Positions 52,655 through 64,000 of a stretch of DNA of 64,000 nt are shown here, one piece after another (position 1 is the first letter of the stretch; each line of letters begins with the position of its first letter). Origin of the DNA: the human T2T-CHM13v2.0 reference genome, Homo sapiens. The position numbers and the translations under genes are program-made. The notes beneath the pieces were generated by a model, which worked only from the letters and a program-made list of their open reading frames with translations, made no database searches and was not told where the DNA came from. The DNA lies in assembly GCF_009914755.1 (NCBI RefSeq), contig NC_060937.1; one strand, 5' to 3'.

Positions 52655-53844
52655 GTGTTTCAAACCTGCTCTATGAAAGGGAATCTTCAACTCTATGAGT
52701 TGAATGCAGACATCAGAAAGAAATTTCTGAGAATGCTGCTGTCTACCTTTTATTTGAATTCCCGCTTCCAACGAAATCCTCCAAGCTATCCAAATATCCA
52801 CTTGCAGATTCCACAAAAAGAGTGTTTCAAAACTGCTCTCTATCAATGGCAAAGTTCAACTCTGTTAGTTGAGGACACATATCACCAACAAGTTTCTGAG
52901 AATGCTTCTGTCTATTTTTTATGGGAAGATATTTCCTTTTTCACCGTAGGCGTCAAGGCGATCGAAATGTCCACTTCCACAAACTACAAAAAGAGTGTTT
53001 CAAACCTGCTCTATGAAAGGCCATGTTCATCTCTATGAGTCGAATGGAAATATCCGAAAGAAATTTCTGGGAATGCTGCTGTCTAGTTTTTATACGAATT
53101 CCCGCTTCCAACGAAATCCTCAAAGCAATCCAAATATCCACTTGCAGAATCCACAAAAAGAGTGTTTCAAAACTGCTCTATCAATAGAAAGGTTCAACTC
53201 TTTTAGTTGAGTACACACATCACAAACAAGTTTCTGAGAATGCTTCTGTCTGGCTTTTATTGGAAGACGTTTCCTTTTCACCAAAGGCATCAAAGCGCTC
53301 CAAATGTCCACTTCCAGATTCTTCCAAAAGAGTGTTTGAAACGTGCTCAAAGTAAGGGAATGTTCAACTCTGTGACTTGAATGCAGATATCACCAAGTAG
53401 TTTCTAATAGTGCTTCTGTCTAGATTTTAGATGATGATATTCCCGTTTCCAACGAAATCGTTAGAGCTATCCAAATATCCACTTACAGTTGCTACAAAAA
53501 CAGTGTTTCCAAACTGCTGCATCAAAAGAAAGGTTCAACTCTGTTAGTTGAGGACACACGTCACAAAGAAGTTTGTGAGAATGCTTCTGTCTAGATTTTG
53601 TATGACGATATTCCCTTTTCCAACGATATCGTTAAAGCAATCTAAATATCCATTTGCAGAATCCACAAAAATAGAGTTTCAAAGCTGCTCTGTAAAAAGA
53701 AAGGTTCCACTCTGTTAGCTGAGTACACACATCACAAACTTGTTTCTCAGAATCCTTCTGTCTCGTTTTTCTGGGAAGATATTTACTTTTTCACCGTAGG
53801 CATCAAAGCGCTCCAAATGTCCACATCCAGATACTCCAGAAAGA

Positions 53845-54524
53845 GTGTTTCAAACCTGCTCTATGAAAGGGAATCTTCAACTCTATGAGTTGAATGCAGA
53901 CATCAGAAAGAAATTTCTGAGAATGCTGCTGTCTACCTTTTATTTGAATTCCCGCTTCCAACGAAATCCTCCAAGCTATCCAAATATCCACCTGCATTTT
54001 CCACAAAAAGAGCGTTTCAAAACTGCTCTATCAATAGAAATGTTCAACTCCTTTGGCTGGGTACACACATCACAAACAAGTTTCTGAGAATGCTTCTGTC
54101 TAGTTTTTATGGGAAGACATTCCCTTTTTCACCAAAGGCATCAAAGCGCTCCAAATGTCCACTTCCAGACACTACAAAAAGAGTGTTTCCAACGTGCTCT
54201 AAGAAAGCGAATGTTCAACTCTGTGACTTGAATGCAGATATCACAAAGTAGTTTCTGAGAGGGCTTCTGTCTAGATTTTAGATGATGATATTCCCGTTTC
54301 CAACGAAATCATTAGAGCTATCCAAATATCCACTTACAGTTTCTACAAAAAGAGTGTTTCCAAACTGCTGCATCAAAAGAGAGGTTCCACTCTGTTAGCT
54401 GAGTACACACATCACAAACTTGTTTCTCAGAATCCTTCTGTCTCGTTTTTCTGGGAAGATATTTACTTTTTCACCGTAGGCATCAAAGCGCTCCAAATGT
54501 CCACATCCAGATACTCCAGAAAGA
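53845..54524 (-). repeat. 4-monomer block, 680-bp haplotype
   Basis: 680-bp period shift and diagnostic SNPs. Confidence 0.9.
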
Positions 54525-55714
54525 GTGTTTCAAACCTGCTCTATGAAAGGGAATCTTCAACTCTATGAGTTGAATGCAGACATCAGAAAGAAATTTCTGA
54601 GAATGCTGCTGTCTACCTTTTATTTGAATTCCCGCTTCCAACGAAATCCTCCAAGCTATCCAAATATCCACTTGCAGATTCCACAAAAAGAGTGTTTCAA
54701 AACTGCTCTCTATCAATGGCAAAGTTCAACTCTGTTAGTTGAGGACACATATCACCAACAAGTTTCTGAGAATGCTTCTGTCTATTTTTTATGGGAAGAT
54801 ATTTCCTTTTTCACCGTAGGCGTCAAGGCGATCGAAATGTCCACTTCCACAAACTACAAAAAGAGTGTTTCAAACCTGCTCTATGAAAGGCCATGTTCAT
54901 CTCTATGAGTCGAATGGAAATATCCGAAAGAAATTTCTGGGAATGCTGCTGTCTAGTTTTTATACGAATTCCCGCTTCCAACGAAATCCTCAAAGCAATC
55001 CAAATATCCACTTGCAGAATCCACAAAAAGAGTGTTTCAAAACTGCTCTATCAATAGAAAGGTTCAACTCTTTTAGTTGAGTACACACATCACAAACAAG
55101 TTTCTGAGAATGCTTCTGTCTGGCTTTTATTGGAAGACGTTTCCTTTTCACCAAAGGCATCAAAGCGCTCCAAATGTCCACTTCCAGATTCTTCCAAAAG
55201 AGTGTTTGAAACGTGCCCAAAGTAAGGGAATGTTCAACTCTGTGACTTGAATGCAGATATCACCAAGTAGTTTCTAATAGTGCTTCTGTCTAGATTTTAG
55301 ATGATGATATTCCCGTTTCCAACGAAATCGTTAGAGCTATCCAAATATCCACTTACAGTTTCTACAAAAAGAGTGTTTCCAAACTGCTGCATCAAAAGAA
55401 AGGTTCAACTCTGTTAGTTGAGGACACACGTCACAAAGAAGTTTGTGAGAATGCTTCTGTCTAGATTTTGTATGACCATATTCCCTTTTCCAGCGATATC
55501 ATTAAAGCAATCTAAATATCCATTTGCAGAATCCACAAAAATAGAGTTTCAAAGCTGCTCTGTAAAAAGAAAGGTTCCACTCTGTTAGCTGAGTACACAC
55601 ATCACAAACTTGTTTCTCAGAATCCTTCTGTCTCGTTTTTCTGGGAAGATATTTACTTTTTCACCGTAGGCATCAAAGCGCTCCAAATGTCCACATCCAG
55701 ATACTCCAGAAAGA

Positions 55715-56394
55715 GTGTTTCAAACCTGCTCTATGAAAGGGAATCTTCAACTCTATGAGTTGAATGCAGACATCAGAAAGAAATTTCTGAGAATGCTGCT
55801 GTCTACCTTTTATTTGAATTCCCGCTTCCAACGAAATCCTCCAAGCTATCCAAATATCCACCTGCATTTTCCACAAAAAGAGCGTTTCAAAACTGCTCTA
55901 TCAATAGAAATGTTCAACTCCTTTGGCTGGGTACACACATCACAAACAAGTTTCTGAGAATGCTTCTGTCTAGTTTTTATGGGAAGACATTCCCTTTTTC
56001 ACCAAAGGCATCAAAGCGCTCCAAATGTCCACTTCCAGACACTACAAAAAGAGTGTTTCCAACGTGCTCTAAGAAAGCGAATGTTCAACTCTGTGACTTG
56101 AATGCAGATATCACAAAGTAGTTTCTGAGAGGGCTTCTGTCTAGATTTTAGATGATGATATTCCCGTTTCCAACGAAATCATTAGAGCTATCCAAATATC
56201 CACTTACAGTTTCTACAAAAAGAGTGTTTCCAAACTGCTGCATCAAAAGAGAGGTTCCACTCTGTTAGCTGAGTACACACATCACAAACTTGTTTCTCAG
56301 AATCCTTCTGTCTCGTTTTTCTGGGAAGATATTTACTTTTTCACCGTAGGCATCAAAGCGCTCCAAATGTCCACATCCAGATACTCCAGAAAGA
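55715..56394 (-). repeat. 4-monomer block, 680-bp haplotype
   Basis: 680-bp period shift and diagnostic SNPs. Confidence 0.9.
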
Positions 56395-59300
56395 GTGTTT
56401 CAAACCTGCTCTATGAAAGGGAATCTTCAACTCTATGAGTTGAATGCAGACATCAGAAAGAAATTTCTGAGAATGCTGCTGTCTACCTTTTATTTGAATT
56501 CCCGCTTCCAACGAAATCCTCCAAGCTATCCAAATATCCACTTGCAGATTCCACAAAAAGAGTGTTTCAAAACTGCTCTCTATCAATGGCAAAGTTCAAC
56601 TCTGTTAGTTGAGGACACATATCACCAACAAGTTTCTGAGAATGCTTCTGTCTATTTTTTATGGGAAGATATTTCCTTTTTCACCGTAGGCGTCAAGGCG
56701 ATCGAAATGTCCACTTCCACAAACTACAAAAAGAGTGTTTCAAACCTGCTCTATGAAAGGCCATGTTCATCTCTATGAGTCGAATGGAAATATCCGAAAG
56801 AAATTTCTGGGAATGCTGCTGTCTAGTTTTTATACGAATTCCCGCTTCCAACGAAATCCTCAAAGCAATCCAAATATCCACTTGCAGAATCCACAAAAAG
56901 AGTGTTTCAAAACTGCTCTATCAATAGAAAGGTTCAACTCTTTTAGTTGAGTACACACATCACAAACAAGTTTCTGAGAATGCTTCTGTCTGGCTTTTAT
57001 TGGAAGACGTTTCCTTTTCACCAAAGGCATCAAAGCGCTCCAAATGTCCACTTCCAGATTCTTCCAAAAGAGTGTTTGAAACGTGCTCAAAGTAAGGGAA
57101 TGTTCAACTCTGTGACTTGAATGCAGATATCACCAAGTAGTTTCTAATAGTGCTTCTGTCTAGATTTTAGATGATGATATTCCCGTTTCCAACGAAATCG
57201 TTAGAGCTATCCAAATATCCACTTACAGTTGCTACAAAAACAGTGTTTCCAAACTGCTGCATCAAAAGAAAGGTTCAACTCTGTTAGTTGAGGACACACG
57301 TCACAAAGAAGTTTGTGAGAATGCTTCTGTCTAGATTTTGTATGACGATATTCCCTTTTCCAACGATATCGTTAAAGCAATCTAAATATCCATTTGCAGA
57401 ATCCACAAAAATAGAGTTTCAAAGCTGCTCTGTAAAAAGAAAGGTTCCACTCTGTTAGCTGAGTACACACATCACAAACTTGTTTCTCAGAATCCTTCTG
57501 TCTCGTTTTTCTGGGAAGATATTTACTTTTTCACCGTAGGCATCAAAGCGCTCCAAATGTCCACATCCAGATACTCCAGAAAGAGTGTTTCAAACCTGCT
57601 CTATGAAAGGGAATCTTCAACTCTATGAGTTGAATGCAGACATCAGAAAGAAATTTCTGAGAATGCTGCTGTCTACCTTTTATTTGAATTCCCGCTTCCA
57701 ACGAAATCCTCCAAGCTATCCAAATATCCACTTGCAGATTCCACAAAAAGAGTGTTTCAAAACTGCTCTCTATCAATGGCAAAGTTCAACTCTGTTAGTT
57801 GAGGACACATATCACCAACAAGTTTCTGAGAATGCTTCTGTCTATTTTTTATGGGAAGATATTTCCTTTTTCACCGTAGGCGTCAAGGCGATCGAAATGT
57901 CCACTTCCACAAACTACAAAAAGAGTGTTTCAAACCTGCTCTATGAAAGGCCATGTTCATCTCTATGAGTCGAATGGAAATATCCGAAAGAAATTTCTGG
58001 GAATGCTGCTGTCTAGTTTTTATACGAATTCCCGCTTCCAACGAAATCCTCAAAGCAATCCAAATATCCACTTGCAGAATCCACAAAAAGAGTGTTTCAA
58101 AACTGCTCTATCAATAGAAAGGTTCAACTCTTTTAGTTGAGTACACACATCACAAACAAGTTTCTGAGAATGCTTCTGTCTGGCTTTTATTGGAAGACGT
58201 TTCCTTTTCACCAAAGGCATCAAAGCGCTCCAAATGTCCACTTCCAGATTCTTCCAAAAGAGTGTTTGAAACGTGCTCAAAGTAAGGGAATGTTCAACTC
58301 TGTGACTTGAATGCAGATATCACCAAGTAGTTTCTAATAGTGCTTCTGTCTAGATTTTAGATGATGATATTCCCGTTTCCAACGAAATCGTTAGAGCTAT
58401 CCAAATATCCACTTACAGTTGCTACAAAAAGAGTGTTTCCAAACTGCTGCATCAAAAGAAAGGTTCAACTCTGTTAGTTGAGGACACACGTCACAAAGAA
58501 GTTTGTGAGAATGCTTCTGTCTAGATTTTGTATGACGATATTCCCTTTTCCAACGATATCGTTAAAGCAATCTAAATATCCATTTGCAGAATCCACAAAA
58601 ATAGAGTTTCAAAGCTGCTCTGTAAAAAGAAAGGTTCCACTCTGTTAGCTGAGTACACACATCACAAACTTGTTTCTCAGAATCCTTCTGTCTCGTTTTT
58701 CTGGGAAGATATTTACTTTTTCACCGTAGGCATCAAAGCGCTCCAAATGTCCACATCCAGATACTCCAGAAAGAGTGTTTCAAACCTGCTCTATGAAAGG
58801 GAATCTTCAACTCTATGAGTTGAATGCAGACATCAGAAAGAAATTTCTGAGAATGCTGCTGTCTACCTTTTATTTGAATTCCCGCTTCCAACGAAATCCT
58901 CCAAGCTATCCAAATATCCACTTGCAGATTCCACAAAAAGAGTGTTTCAAAACTGCTCTCTATCAATGGCAAAGTTCAACTCTGTTAGTTGAGGACACAT
59001 ATCACCAACAAGTTTCTGAGAATGCTTCTGTCTATTTTTTATGGGAAGATATTTCCTTTTTCACCGTAGGCGTCAAGGCGATCGAAATGTCCACTTCCAC
59101 AAACTACAAAAAGAGTGTTTCAAACCTGCTCTATGAAAGGCCATGTTCATCTCTATGAGTCGAATGGAAATATCCGAAAGAAATTTCTGGGAATGCTGCT
59201 GTCTAGATTTTATACGAATTCCCGCTTCCAACGAAATCCTCAAAGCAATCCAAATATCCACTTGCAGAATCCACAAAAAGAGTGTTTCAAAACTGCTCTA

Positions 59301-62300
59301 TCAATAGAAAGGTTCAACTCTTTTAGTTGAGTACACACATCACAAACAAGTTTCTGAGAATGCTTCTGTCTGGCTTTTATTGGAAGACGTTTCCTTTTCA
59401 CCAAAGGCATCAAAGCGCTCCAAATGTCCACTTCCAGATTCTTCCAAAAGAGTGTTTGAAACGTGCTCAAAGTAAGGGAATGTTCAACTCTGTGACTTGA
59501 ATGCAGATATCACCAAGTAGTTTCTAATAGTGCTTCTGTCTAGATTTTAGATGATGATATTCCCGTTTCCAACGAAATCGTTAGAGCTATCCAAATATCC
59601 ACTTACAGTTGCTACAAAAAGAGTGTTTCCAAACTGCTGCATCAAAAGAAAGGTTCAACTCTGTTAGTTGAGGACACACGTCACAAAGAAGTTTGTGAGA
59701 ATGCTTCTGTCTAGATTTTGTATGACGATATTCCCTTTTCCAACGATATCGTTAAAGCAATCTAAATATCCATTTGCAGAATCCACAAAAATAGAGTTTC
59801 AAAGCTGCTCTGTAAAAAGAAAGGTTCCACTCTGTTAGCTGAGTACACACATCACAAACTTGTTTCTCAGAATCCTTCTGTCTCGTTTTTCTGGGAAGAT
59901 ATTTACTTTTTCACCGTAGGCATCAAAGCGCTCCAAATGTCCACATCCAGATACTCCAGAAAGAGTGTTTCAAACCTGCTCTATGAAAGGGAATCTTCAA
60001 CTCTATGAGTTGAATGCAGACATCAGAAAGAAATTTCTGAGAATGCTGCTGTCTACCTTTTATTTGAATTCCCGCTTCCAACGAAATCCTCCAAGCTATC
60101 CAAATATCCACTTGCAGATTCCACAAAAAGAGTGTTTCAAAACTGCTCTCTATCAATGGCAAAGTTCAACTCTGTTAGTTGAGGACACATATCACCAACA
60201 AGTTTCTGAGAATGCTTCTGTCTATTTTTTATGGGAAGATATTTCCTTTTTCACCGTAGGCGTCAAGGCGATCGAAATGTCCACTTCCACAAACTACAAA
60301 AAGAGTGTTTCAAACCTGCTCTATGAAAGGCCATGTTCATCTCTATGAGTCGAATGGAAATATCCGAAAGAAATTTCTGGGAATGCTGCTGTCTAGTTTT
60401 TATACGAATTCCCGCTTCCAACGAAATCCTCAAAGCAATCCAAATATCCACTTGCAGAATCCACAAAAAGAGTGTTTCAAAACTGCTCTATCAATAGAAA
60501 GGTTCAACTCTTTTAGTTGAGTACACACATCACAAACAAGTTTCTGAGAATGCTTCTGTCTGGCTTTTATTGGAAGACGTTTCCTTTTCACCAAAGGCAT
60601 CAAAGCGCTCCAAATGTCCACTTCCAGATTCTTCCAAAAGAGTGTTTGAAACGTGCTCAAAGTAAGGGAATGTTCAACTCTGTGACTTGAATGCAGATAT
60701 CACCAAGTAGTTTCTAATAGTGCTTCTGTCTAGATTTTAGATGATGATATTCCCGTTTCCAACGAAATCGTTAGAGCTATCCAAATATCCACTTACAGTT
60801 TCTACAAAAAGAGTGTTTCCAAACTGCTGCATCAAAAGAAAGGTTCAACTCTGTTAGTTGAGGACACACGTCACAAAGAAGTTTGTGAGAATGCTTCTGT
60901 CTAGATTTTGTATGACGATATTCCCTTTTCCAACGATATCGTTAAAGCAATCTAAATATCCATTTGCAGAATCCACAAAAATAGAGTTTCAAAGCTGCTC
61001 TGTAAAAAGAAAGGTTCCACTCTGTTAGCTGAGTACACACATCACAAACTTGTTTCTCAGAATCCTTCTGTCTCGTTTTTCTGGGAAGATATTTACTTTT
61101 TCACCGTAGGCATCAAAGCGCTCCAAATGTCCACATCCAGATACTCCAGAAAGAGTGTTTCAAACCTGCTCTATGAAAGGGAATCTTCAACTCTATGAGT
61201 TGAATGCAGACATCAGAAAGAAATTTCTGAGAATGCTGCTGTCTACCTTTTATTTGAATTCCCGCTTCCAACGAAATCCTCCAAGCTATCCAAATATCCA
61301 CTTGCAGATTCCACAAAAAGAGTGTTTCAAAACTGCTCTCTATCAATGGCAAAGTTCAACTCTGTTAGTTGAGGACACATATCACCAACAAGTTTCTGAG
61401 AATGCTTCTGTCTATTTTTTATGGGAAGATATTTCCTTTTTCACCGTAGGCGTCAAGGCGATCGAAATGTCCACTTCCACAAACTACAAAAAGAGTGTTT
61501 CAAACCTGCTCTATGAAAGGCCATGTTCATCTCTATGAGTCGAATGGAAATATCCGAAAGAAATTTCTGGGAATGCTGCTGTCTAGTTTTTATACGAATT
61601 CCCGCTTCCAACGAAATCCTCAAAGCAATCCAAATATCCACTTGCAGAATCCACAAAAAGAGTGTTTCAAAACTGCTCTATCAATAGAAAGGTTCAACTC
61701 TTTTAGTTGAGTACACACATCACAAACAAGTTTCTGAGAATGCTTCTGTCTGGCTTTTATTGGAAGACGTTTCCTTTTCACCAAAGGCATCAAAGCGCTC
61801 CAAATGTCCACTTCCAGATTCTTCCAAAAGAGTGTTTGAAACGTGCTCAAAGTAAGGGAATGTTCAACTCTGTGACTTGAATGCAGATATCACCAAGTAG
61901 TTTCTAATAGTGCTTCTGTCTAGATTTTAGATGATGATATTCCCGTTTCCAACGAAATCGTTAGAGCTATCCAAATATCCACTTACAGTTGCTACAAAAA
62001 CAGTGTTTCCAAACTGCTGCATCAAAAGAAAGGTTCAACTCTGTTAGTTGAGGACACACGTCACAAAGAAGTTTGTGAGAATGCTTCTGTCTAGATTTTG
62101 TATGACGATATTCCCTTTTCCAACGATATCGTTAAAGCAATCTAAATATCCATTTGCAGAATCCACAAAAATAGAGTTTCAAAGCTGCTCTGTAAAAAGA
62201 AAGGTTCCACTCTGTTAGCTGAGTACACACATCACAAACTTGTTTCTCAGAATCCTTCTGTCTCGTTTTTCTGGGAAGATATTTACTTTTTCACCGTAGG

Positions 62301-64000
62301 CATCAAAGCGCTCCAAATGTCCACATCCAGATACTCCAGAAAGAGTGTTTCAAACCTGCTCTATGAAAGGGAATCTTCAACTCTATGAGTTGAATGCAGA
62401 CATCAGAAAGAAATTTCTGAGAATGCTGCTGTCTACCTTTTATTTGAATTCCCGCTTCCAACGAAATCCTCCAAGCTATCCAAATATCCACTTGCAGATT
62501 CCACAAAAAGAGTGTTTCAAAACTGCTCTCTATCAATGGCAAAGTTCAACTCTGTTAGTTGAGGACACATATCACCAACAAGTTTCTGAGAATGCTTCTG
62601 TCTATTTTTTATGGGAAGATATTTCCTTTTTCACCGTAGGCGTCAAGGCGATCGAAATGTCCACTTCCACAAACTACAAAAAGAGTGTTTCAAACCTGCT
62701 CTATGAAAGGCCATGTTCATCTCTATGAGTCGAATGGAAATATCCGAAAGAAATTTCTGGGAATGCTGCTGTCTAGTTTTTATACGAATTCCCGCTTCCA
62801 ACGAAATCCTCAAAGCAATCCAAATATCCACTTGCAGAATCCACAAAAAGAGTGTTTCAAAACTGCTCTATCAATAGAAAGGTTCAACTCTTTTAGTTGA
62901 GTACACACATCACAAACAAGTTTCTGAGAATGCTTCTGTCTGGCTTTTATTGGAAGACGTTTCCTTTTCACCAAAGGCATCAAAGCGCTCCAAATGTCCA
63001 CTTCCAGATTCTTCCAAAAGAGTGTTTGAAACGTGCTCAAAGTAAGGGAATGTTCAACTCTGTGACTTGAATGCAGATATCACCAAGTAGTTTCTAATAG
63101 TGCTTCTGTCTAGATTTTAGATGATGATATTCCCGTTTCCAACGAAATCGTTAGAGCTATCCAAATATCCACTTACAGTTGCTACAAAAAGAGTGTTTCC
63201 AAACTGCTGCATCAAAAGAAAGGTTCAACTCTGTTAGTTGAGGACACACGTCACAAAGAAGTTTGTGAGAATGCTTCTGTCTAGATTTTGTATGACGATA
63301 TTCCCTTTTCCAACGATATCGTTAAAGCAATCTAAATATCCATTTGCAGAATCCACAAAAATAGAGTTTCAAAGCTGCTCTGTAAAAAGAAAGGTTCCAC
63401 TCTGTTAGCTGAGTACACACATCACAAACTTGTTTCTCAGAATCCTTCTGTCTCGTTTTTCTGGGAAGATATTTACTTTTTCACCGTAGGCATCAAAGCG
63501 CTCCAAATGTCCACATCCAGATACTCCAGAAAGAGTGTTTCAAACCTGCTCTATGAAAGGGAATCTTCAACTCTATGAGTTGAATGCAGACATCAGAAAG
63601 AAATTTCTGAGAATGCTGCTGTCTACCTTTTATTTGAATTCCCGCTTCCAACGAAATCCTCCAAGCTATCCAAATATCCACTTGCAGATTCCACAAAAAG
63701 AGTGTTTCAAAACTGCTCTCTATCAATGGCAAAGTTCAACTCTGTTAGTTGAGGACACATATCACCAACAAGTTTCTGAGAATGCTTCTGTCTATTTTTT
63801 ATGGGAAGATATTTCCTTTTTCACCGTAGGCGTCAAGGCGATCGAAATGTCCACTTCCACAAACTACAAAAAGAGTGTTTCAAACCTGCTCTATGAAAGG
63901 CCATGTTCATCTCTATGAGTCGAATGGAAATATCCGAAAGAAATTTCTGGGAATGCTGCTGTCTAGTTTTTATACGAATTCCCGCTTCCAACGAAATCCT
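56395..64000 (-). repeat. Run of at least 6.4 consecutive 7-mer units to the window end
   Basis: Unit starts at 56395, 57585, 58775, 59965, 61155, 62345 and 63535. Confidence 0.9.

Larger units (their letters stand above)
1..64000 (-). repeat. Centromeric alpha satellite HOR array, SF2 (dimeric) type, mixed 7-mer/11-mer; most likely D13Z1/D21Z1 (chr13 favoured)
   Basis: Continuous ~170-bp tandem monomers with typical alphoid motifs (reverse complement of CATTCTCAGAAA...TGAAACACTCTTTTTGTAG). Exact periods of 1190 and 1870/1868 bp, seen in the sequence and in the ORF-track spacing. CENP-B-box and pJalpha monomers alternate. EcoRI sites are spaced 340/850/680 bp, consistent with the alphaRI(680) chr13/21 family. 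The alpha satellite call is essentially certain; the chromosome assignment is from recall. Confidence 0.97.

Noticed and set aside
8-63918. Repeated 67-127 aa ORFs on both strands (MFQTCSMKG..., MPLIESSFE..., MWILQVDIW..., MSTFQTLFW...)
   Set aside because: Chance open frames in alpha satellite. They overlap on opposite strands, often start at GTG/TTG, show no recognisable domain and simply recur with the HOR period. They were used only as positional markers.
1-64000. Inversions, L1/Alu insertions or monomeric divergent alpha satellite
   Set aside because: None seen. Unit arithmetic (46 x 1190 + 9 x 680 + 4 x 678) accounts exactly for the spacing from the first to the last unit start, leaving no room for net insertions, and orientation is constant.
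1-64000. Assignment to chr8 D8Z2 or chr9 D9Z4, which also have 7-mer/11-mer variants
   Set aside because: Less favoured: the 680-bp EcoRI spacing and monomer sequences such as gtctaccttttatttgaattcccg match my recollection of chr13/21 alphoid DNA. Not formally excluded without an alignment.
1-64000. A previously undescribed gene-based biological system
   Set aside because: Nothing in the sequence supports one; all structure is explained by satellite HOR organisation and its recombination history.

Overview
The whole 64-kb window is human-type centromeric alpha satellite (~170-bp monomers, conventional orientation on the minus strand) arranged as a very homogeneous higher-order-repeat (HOR) array. 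It contains no real genes, RNA genes, transposons or CRISPR arrays; the ORF track only reflects the repeat. The array is built from two blocks. One is a 1190-bp 7-monomer unit (47 copies counting the two partial end copies). The other is an interspersed 4-monomer block of 680 or 678 bp (13 copies), and 7+4 gives an 11-mer of 1870 or 1868 bp. An 11-mer with 5 CENP-B boxes, EcoRI spacing of 340/850/680 bp and an abundant 7-mer variant best fits the SF2 chromosome 13/21 array (D13Z1/D21Z1). The dominance of the 7-mer points to chr13, but that is an inference from recall, not a database result. I found no new protein-coding or RNA system. The interesting signal is evolutionary structure readable from rare SNPs: a ~294-bp internal direct repeat that explains 7-mer/11-mer interconversion, two haplotypes of the 4-mer block, 'HOR-of-HOR' duplications at offsets of about 6.6, 13.3 and 33-34.5 kb, recombinant HOR copies, and a 7-mer-linked haplotype with extra CpGs and a perfect 12-bp palindrome over a dead CENP-B box. 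All SNP calls were read by eye.
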